Of a stretch of DNA of 40,153 bases, positions 35,517-40,153 are shown one piece after another. Numbering within the stretch: position 1 is the stretch's first letter; each line of letters begins with the position of its first letter. The stretch lies in the IMG/VR virus record IMGVR_UViG_3300005260_000047; one strand, 5' to 3'. This stretch comes from a virus (taxonomy: Duplodnaviria > Heunggongvirae > Uroviricota > Caudoviricetes). The notes under the pieces were generated by a model that searched no databases, had not been told where the DNA came from, and saw only the letters and a program-made list of their open reading frames with translations. Position numbers and translations under genes: made by a program.

Positions 35517-36193
35517 GAGTCAGATACGCGGTGGCGTTAGGGTGGAAAACAGACTTGCGCACGTCGGCCAAGCTCGGCAGCGCCTTGTCTGCACCAGACA
35601 GCGAGACCCTCAACCCGCAATACGGATGATTCGGATCGTCATAAGTCACTTGCGCGACATCAGATTGCAAGCCCAATGCGCGCGCTTGTGTGTCGATAAA
35701 GGACTGGTAAGCAAAATCGCGCCCCAGCAGCGCAACCAGCTTGGAGGAATCCCACAACCGGCCGGCCGCATCTACGCTTTTCAATTCCGGCGCCGCCAGC
35801 CTTTGCTGAAGCAGGGAGCCGATCGCCCCCCATCGGACGGGTGAACAAGGTTTTCAAGCCCAGGCCGCCGCCAGCCAAGCGATTGGTCAGCTCCCTCGCA
35901 TTGGTTAGCGCAACAGCACGCAGGGAAGACTGCAATTCACGCATGCCGCCCGCAATATCAACGCCATCGCCCAAGTCGCTTGCCCAACCTGCAATCATGT
36001 TGTCGGCGCTCTGAGCGAATTGCATCACATGGGTGCGCGCTGCGCTTTTGAACTGTTCGGCAAAAAAAGGCGGTGCGGGCGTGCCTGCGGCGGATTGAAT
36101 CGCCAGATAGCGGCCAATCAGCGCCATTGCAAAGCTGTCGTAAAGGCTCGACAAGTCCGCCTTGAACCGATCCACTTGTGTCAGGCCGATCAT
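35509..36193 (-). pseudogene. Head/neck-module gene split by a +1 G in a G6 run (35826-35831)
   Basis: 685 nt; removing one G joins MIGLTQVDRF...PMG to AIGSLLQQRLAAPELKSVDAAGRLWD...FHPNATAYLTHV. Confidence 0.75.
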
Positions 36194-37035
36194 GCGCGCC
36201 CCACTCGCTTGGCAAAGCTGACGAAATACGACAGATAAGACAGCGCGCGCCGGCTGCAAGGCAATTGCAGCGGTTTGCTGCTGCGGAACATTTGACGGCT
36301 TTCACCCACCACGTCCTGCACCAGCCCCGCATTGCGCGCGGCTTCGACCGAGCCGGCATTACCGAGAATGGCATCAGCTTCAGCGATCTGCGCTTTTTTC
36401 AAGGCGTCCAGAAAGCGGGTTGGCAGTTTGACGAACTGCTCCGGACGCAGCAATTCCAGGTTGCCGGAGAATAAAAACAAATCGCTCAAGCCGACATAGT
36501 TGCTGTCGTAGCGACCTTCGGGAATATAGTTCAAACTATCCTGCCCCCAATTGACGTTCGAATTCAATGGCGCAAACGACAGTTGGACAATATGGGCGCG
36601 CGCATCGATCAGGGCGGCCAGGCGCGTGGCGCGGTCGGCGCGCTCCCATGCATCGATATTAGCCAGCCCAAGCGCGGTAAATTCGGCCTGTGTGTAGCTT
36701 TGAAACGAATTCACGCCGACAACCAAGGGGTCGGCAGTCTCGATCACGTAAGACGCCATCAGCACGACTTGATTGCCGCCGATCGTGCAGTACAGTTCTA
36801 CCGAGCGCAGCCCGCGCACCATGCCGGTAGCCAGCGTATTCGACGCGGCCGGCACTGGCACTGCCGCCTCTCCCGCATTCGCGGCAAAGGTGGCCAGCGC
36901 GGTGCGGGCGACGATCTCCACCTCGTTTTCATCGGTGACGCGATAATCGATCGCCGATACGCTCAGGGGATTGCCGGCCGTATCGACTAACGGCACCCGC
37001 AGCGTGACATCCGTGCCTTGCAGGTAGCTATCCAT
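36190..37035 (-). CDS. Head-tail connector/adaptor-like protein
   Basis: VVGVNSFQSY..A...LIDAR...ALKKAQIAEADAIL...VGES motif; follows capsid genes. Confidence 0.6.
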   Translation of the reverse strand: MDSYLQGTDVTLRVPLVDTAGNPLSVSAIDYRVTDENEVEIVARTALATFAANAGEAAVPVPAASNTLATGMVRGLRSVELYCTIGGNQVVLMASYVIETADPLVVGVNSFQSYTQAEFTALGLANIDAWERADRATRLAALIDARAHIVQLSFAPLNSNVNWGQDSLNYIPEGRYDSNYVGLSDLFLFSGNLELLRPEQFVKLPTRFLDALKKAQIAEADAILGNAGSVEAARNAGLVQDVVGESRQMFRSSKPLQLPCSRRALSYLSYFVSFAKRVGRA

Positions 37036-37038
37036 TCA

Positions 37039-37494
37039 TTACGCCTCGATCCGTGGCCCGCGCAGAATTGCGGTGATCAATTCCTTGATCGAGTTGCCCT
37101 TGATGCCAAGCGGCTCGGCGATTTCGCGCAAACCCTTGATTCCTTTTTTGTCAGCAATCTCGGCCAACTCCGCTTCGGTATAGAAGGACACTGCTTCGGC
37201 AGGTGCGGCGGGTGCGCGTTCGGCAATCGCGCCGGCTTGTCGCGCCTGCTCGGCAATGGCCTGGTCGGCGTTTTGCTCGGCCGGCAAGTCGCCCACTGTC
37301 GTGTGCGCATGGTCGAGGATCGATTGCGTCACCGATGCCGTGTTGCCGTTTTCCCACTCGCACAAGAATTGGGCGGCGATGCGCACCGCATCGATCGCCT
37401 TGACATCACCCACCGTCAGGCCGTTTTCAAAGAACACGGTTCCCATTTGGCCGGTGAATGTTTCAAATCCAGGTTGAGTCAAGCGCAGTTTCAT
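37039..37494 (-). CDS. Head-associated protein with a C-terminal small helical (Rho-N/HeH-like) motif
   Basis: SD AAAGGA; GIKGLREIAEPLGIKGNSIKELITAIL. Confidence 0.6.
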   Translation of the reverse strand: MKLRLTQPGFETFTGQMGTVFFENGLTVGDVKAIDAVRIAAQFLCEWENGNTASVTQSILDHAHTTVGDLPAEQNADQAIAEQARQAGAIAERAPAAPAEAVSFYTEAELAEIADKKGIKGLREIAEPLGIKGNSIKELITAILRGPRIEA

Positions 37495-37516
37495 TTTTCG
37501 TCCTTTCAGATATGAC

Positions 37517-37542
37517 AAAGGCGGGCTTTTCAGCCCGCCTTT
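37517..37542 (-). terminator. GC-rich hairpin after the major capsid gene
   Basis: AAAGGCGGGCT-GAAA-AGCCCGCCTTT on the minus strand. Confidence 0.7.
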
Positions 37543-37543
37543 C

Positions 37544-37572
37544 ATTCTAAGTCACTTATGACTTATCTACAA
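37544..37572 (-). promoter_or_regulatory. Operator copy (37548-37565) in the spacer of TTGTAG-17-TAGAAT
   Basis: + strand taagtca-ctta-tgactta. Confidence 0.75.
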
Positions 37573-37575
37573 GCC

Positions 37576-38508
37576 TTAGATATTGGTCACGCCTTGCAGA
37601 CCGGCGATCGAACGGGTGGACTTGAGCGCCAGGCCGGAATACCACTTCAGCCGGATGCGGATCGCGTCCTTGTTCTGCACCGTGCCGATATTCTCGACCA
37701 CGATGCCGGCATTGTCGCCGCCATACAGGCCGTGCAAGCCATCGGCTTCGTTCAGACGCAGCGCATACACTGAGCAGGTATTGGGGTTGGTGCCTGCCGC
37801 CTCGTTACCAGCCAGGAACTCGTTCATGATGACCGGAATGCCATTGTGGGTCAGCATCGGGCGGCCAAAGTTTTCGAGCTGCTGCATCACGGCGTCAGTG
37901 CCGTAGGTAGCGCGCAACAGGGCGCGGAAGGCGCGGATCGTACCACGACGCATGACGATCACGTCGGCGCCGTTCGGCAAAGCGTCGCACAGTTCGTCCA
38001 GCATGGTCAGGGTCAGCGCGTTGCCGTTTGCACCGGCGCTAACGATTTGCGAACCGCCAACCGTTGCAGCGTAGGCTTGGGCGTCAGCCAACAGTTTTGG
38101 CAAGCCGTCGAACACTTTCGGGTTTGCGGTCGAGTCGCCGGTAGCCAGCGCTTTGTGGAATTCACGCGCGACCGTCTTGGCCTTCTTAGCGATTTGCACC
38201 GCCATCTGGTCATTGGTGTCGCTCATGGTTTGAGCCAGGAATTTATCCACGTCCACGTCACCTGCCAGAATGCGCAGCTTGGCCACGACTTCCTGGAAAG
38301 TCGCAGACGATTCATTGACGGGATCATTCGGGTCGAGCCAGTCGGCACCACCCAAGGTTTTTTCGCGGTTATAGACATATGCCTTGCCTTCGGTCTTGAC
38401 GAACGGCAGAACGGCAAACATGTCATCGCGGTCGATGATTTCATCGATTACGCCGGAAATGAGCTGGTTATTGCTCAGATTTTCGGCTTCAGTTCGCAAC
38501 AGAGGCAT
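37576..38508 (-). CDS. Major capsid protein
   Basis: MPLL..EAE.LSNN.L..GVID, YVYNREKTLG, GDVDVDKF, R.RLKWYSGLALKST; SD AAGGA; follows the scaffold gene. Confidence 0.88.
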   Translation of the reverse strand: MPLLRTEAENLSNNQLISGVIDEIIDRDDMFAVLPFVKTEGKAYVYNREKTLGGADWLDPNDPVNESSATFQEVVAKLRILAGDVDVDKFLAQTMSDTNDQMAVQIAKKAKTVAREFHKALATGDSTANPKVFDGLPKLLADAQAYAATVGGSQIVSAGANGNALTLTMLDELCDALPNGADVIVMRRGTIRAFRALLRATYGTDAVMQQLENFGRPMLTHNGIPVIMNEFLAGNEAAGTNPNTCSVYALRLNEADGLHGLYGGDNAGIVVENIGTVQNKDAIRIRLKWYSGLALKSTRSIAGLQGVTNI

Positions 38509-38544
38509 TTCGAATCCTTTTCAAAAACAATTTAAAAGGAGCCG

Positions 38545-38640
38545 GTCTCGCCTGGTCGCATCAGAGGTGACTTAGGCAATCCCGCTCATGGTTAAAGCGT
38601 TCTCGGAGCCTAAGTCGCTCTAGTTCACCGATGACGAGAC
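38545..38640 (-). other. Long structured leader of the capsid gene
   Basis: Nested complementarity: GTCTCG/CGAGAC, TAGAG/CTCTG, GACTTAGGC/GCCTAAGTC, TCC/GGA, CGCT/AGCG. Confidence 0.6.
38557..38574 (-). promoter_or_regulatory. Motif copy embedded in the capsid leader hairpin
   Basis: + strand cgcatca-gagg-tgactta. Confidence 0.45.
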
Positions 38641-38682
38641 AATACCGCATTTTGGCGGTTTTGTCAAGTCACCAGTGACTTA
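38639..38682 (-). promoter_or_regulatory. Operator copy (38665-38682) overlapping -35 of TTGACA-17-TATTGT, capsid promoter
   Basis: + strand caagtca-ccag-tgactta. Confidence 0.8.
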
Positions 38683-38695
38683 CATCAGAACAGGA

Positions 38696-39604
38696 TTACA
38701 GCTTATTGCCGTTGGTTTGCGCCAGAATATTCAACCCCTTCAAGCCGGCGTTGATCTTCGACACGCTATCGCCCGACTCTTGCTTGGCCTTGCCTGCTTC
38801 TACCTTCGGCGCCGAGCTGGAGCCTGCGCCTGGCTTGACCTTGCTGCGCAACAGCGAGTCGCGATCCGGATCGGCTTGCACGATCTTGCGCATGGCTTCT
38901 TCGAATGGCACCGCATTGCCATACTGATCCACCAGCGCGGTGCGGCTTGCTTCGCCGCGCGGCTTGTCATACGGCACCAGCTTGCCTTCAACCACATCGA
39001 AATGCTCGCCAAACAACTTGCGCGCCTTGGATGGCGGGATCGTGGTTTCTTCCTTGATGAATTCCGACTGTGCAAACTGCTGGCCGATCGACAGCTCGTT
39101 AATCGTGCTGTCCTTGGCTGCGAGCGCGGCCTGGAGTTGCGCAATCATCGTATCCTTGCTCTGGATTTGATTCGAATGCTCTTCCGCCATGCGCTGCTTC
39201 AAGCGATCCCACTCGCCCCTGGCTTCAAGCTGCGCCTCCTCGGCCTTTTTCTGGGCATCCATCAGCTCGCGCACCTTGACCGGATCGATGCCTTCGAAGG
39301 CTTTGAGCGCGCTCTGCGCCTTCTTCAATTCGTCACTGGCCTTTTGCAGCGCTTCCTTCTTCTGCATGTTCTCCTTCAGCAGCTTGGCTTCGGCGTCCGA
39401 CAGCTTGGGCTTGCCGTCTTCAGCGCCTTTGCCTTCCTTGCCGCCTTCCGCGCCCTTCTCGCCATCTGCCCCGCCTTCGCCAGCGCCCGACCCACCGTCG
39501 CCTTCACCAGCGTCGCCTGCGCTTCCGCCGCCGTTCTGGTTGCCGTTGCCGTCATCCGGATTCTGGACATGCCAGGATTTCATCTTATGCATCCACCACT
39601 TCAT
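38696..39604 (-). CDS. Capsid scaffolding protein
   Basis: G/D/E-rich N-terminus, long coiled coil, EEAMRKIVQADPDRDSLL...K.GAGS; SD AAAGG. Confidence 0.75.
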   Translation of the reverse strand: MKWWMHKMKSWHVQNPDDGNGNQNGGGSAGDAGEGDGGSGAGEGGADGEKGAEGGKEGKGAEDGKPKLSDAEAKLLKENMQKKEALQKASDELKKAQSALKAFEGIDPVKVRELMDAQKKAEEAQLEARGEWDRLKQRMAEEHSNQIQSKDTMIAQLQAALAAKDSTINELSIGQQFAQSEFIKEETTIPPSKARKLFGEHFDVVEGKLVPYDKPRGEASRTALVDQYGNAVPFEEAMRKIVQADPDRDSLLRSKVKPGAGSSSAPKVEAGKAKQESGDSVSKINAGLKGLNILAQTNGNKL

Positions 39605-39677
39605 TTTTTGCCTTTCTGACCAGTCTCTAGGTCAATGGGTTAATGCCGGCCGTTTCTCTTGGCCGACAGGTTGAAAA

Positions 39678-40153
39678 TCATCGATTGCCAGGCGCCGTCG
39701 CTGCCGCCTGCTTGTTGTTCTGACCCTGCTTGTTATCCCTTGCCGCCTTGGGAGCGCCTTGCGGCCCGCCGCCCTGCGTGCCGGCGCCCTGCTGCACCGA
39801 AGTCTTGCCGACAACCTTACTGTTGGCGCCGGCCGTCGCCTCGCTCATGGCTGCGGCCAGGTCAACCGGATTGATCGGCCAGTCTTGCAACTCTTTCAGC
39901 ATCTGGCTCTTCAGATCCTTGGCCAGTTGCGGGAACAGCTTGTCGATCAGCGCTTCCATTTGCTGACGACGCACCGCATCGGGCGCATTGACCAGCAGCA
40001 GCCGGCCGGCGATGTCGAACTCGTCGTACAAGCCGCGGGTGTCGAAGTTGTTTGGATACTCGACCAGCTCTTCCAGACCATCGAGCTGCTTTTCTTCGCC
40101 ATTCCACAATGCCACCAGCCGCACCAGCTTGTTTTCAAGCACTTCCAAGCTGT
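39678..40153 (-). CDS. Portal protein, C-terminal part (5' end outside window)
   Basis: Open to the window edge; YP.NFD.RGL.DEF motif; position upstream of scaffold and capsid. Confidence 0.65.
   Translation of the reverse strand, partial: SLEVLENKLVRLVALWNGEEKQLDGLEELVEYPNNFDTRGLYDEFDIAGRLLLVNAPDAVRRQQMEALIDKLFPQLAKDLKSQMLKELQDWPINPVDLAAAMSEATAGANSKVVGKTSVQQGAGTQGGGPQGAPKAARDNKQGQNNKQAAATAPGNR

Larger units (their letters stand above)
592..40153 (-). mobile_element. Integrated siphovirus-type prophage (SSU5/pHCM2-like gene content), extends beyond the right edge
   Basis: att core at tRNA-Cys; continuous co-oriented replication, lysis, tail and head modules. Confidence 0.9.

Noticed and set aside
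35642-35659. TAAGTCA on the + strand inside a CDS
   Set aside because: Opposite orientation and no TGA after N4; likely chance
6898-38682. The 18-bp repeats as a CRISPR array or REP/BIME elements
   Set aside because: Copies are isolated, kilobases apart, without spacers or cas genes, and AT-rich with fixed promoter registers
700-40153. LexA boxes (CTGT-N8-ACAG) at phage promoters
   Set aside because: None found by eye at the junctions inspected; a formal scan would be needed to exclude them

Overview
Almost the whole window (592 to the right edge) is one end of a large lambda-tailed (siphovirus-type) prophage, with every gene on the minus strand. Its gene set resembles the SSU5/pHCM2-type phage-plasmid lineage: ATP-dependent ligase, Zn-finger primase, DnaB-like helicase, Hfq-like protein, PhoH, phosphoesterase, a four-part lysis cassette, tail M/L/K/I/J, tape measure, 310-aa major capsid, scaffold and portal C-terminus. 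It appears to be integrated in a chromosomal tRNA-Cys gene. The displaced tRNA-Cys 3' half (592-641) is followed by a host terminator, an intact tRNA-Leu(UAA) and a worn IS21 istB fragment. The host is probably a betaproteobacterium (inference only). The strongest unexplained signal is a dispersed 18-bp imperfect palindrome, TAAGTCA-N4-TGA(C/G)TTA on the coding strand. It occurs in 15 same-orientation copies, 14 of them at gene junctions, and 10 sit in one of two fixed registers on sigma70-like promoter boxes. This suggests a genome-wide operator regulon. Other highlights: a catalytically dead tyrosine-recombinase-like protein next to the att site; a tail-fibre cassette pairing a gp38-like polyglycine adhesin with a 2OG-Fe(II) hydroxylase, a cupin and an unannotated Cys-rich mini-gene; a structured capsid leader; an HNH gene with an apparently recoded primase 3' end; a lambda-type GGGAAAG frameshift; and two lesions in virion-module genes. 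All family assignments come from motif recognition by eye, not from database searches.
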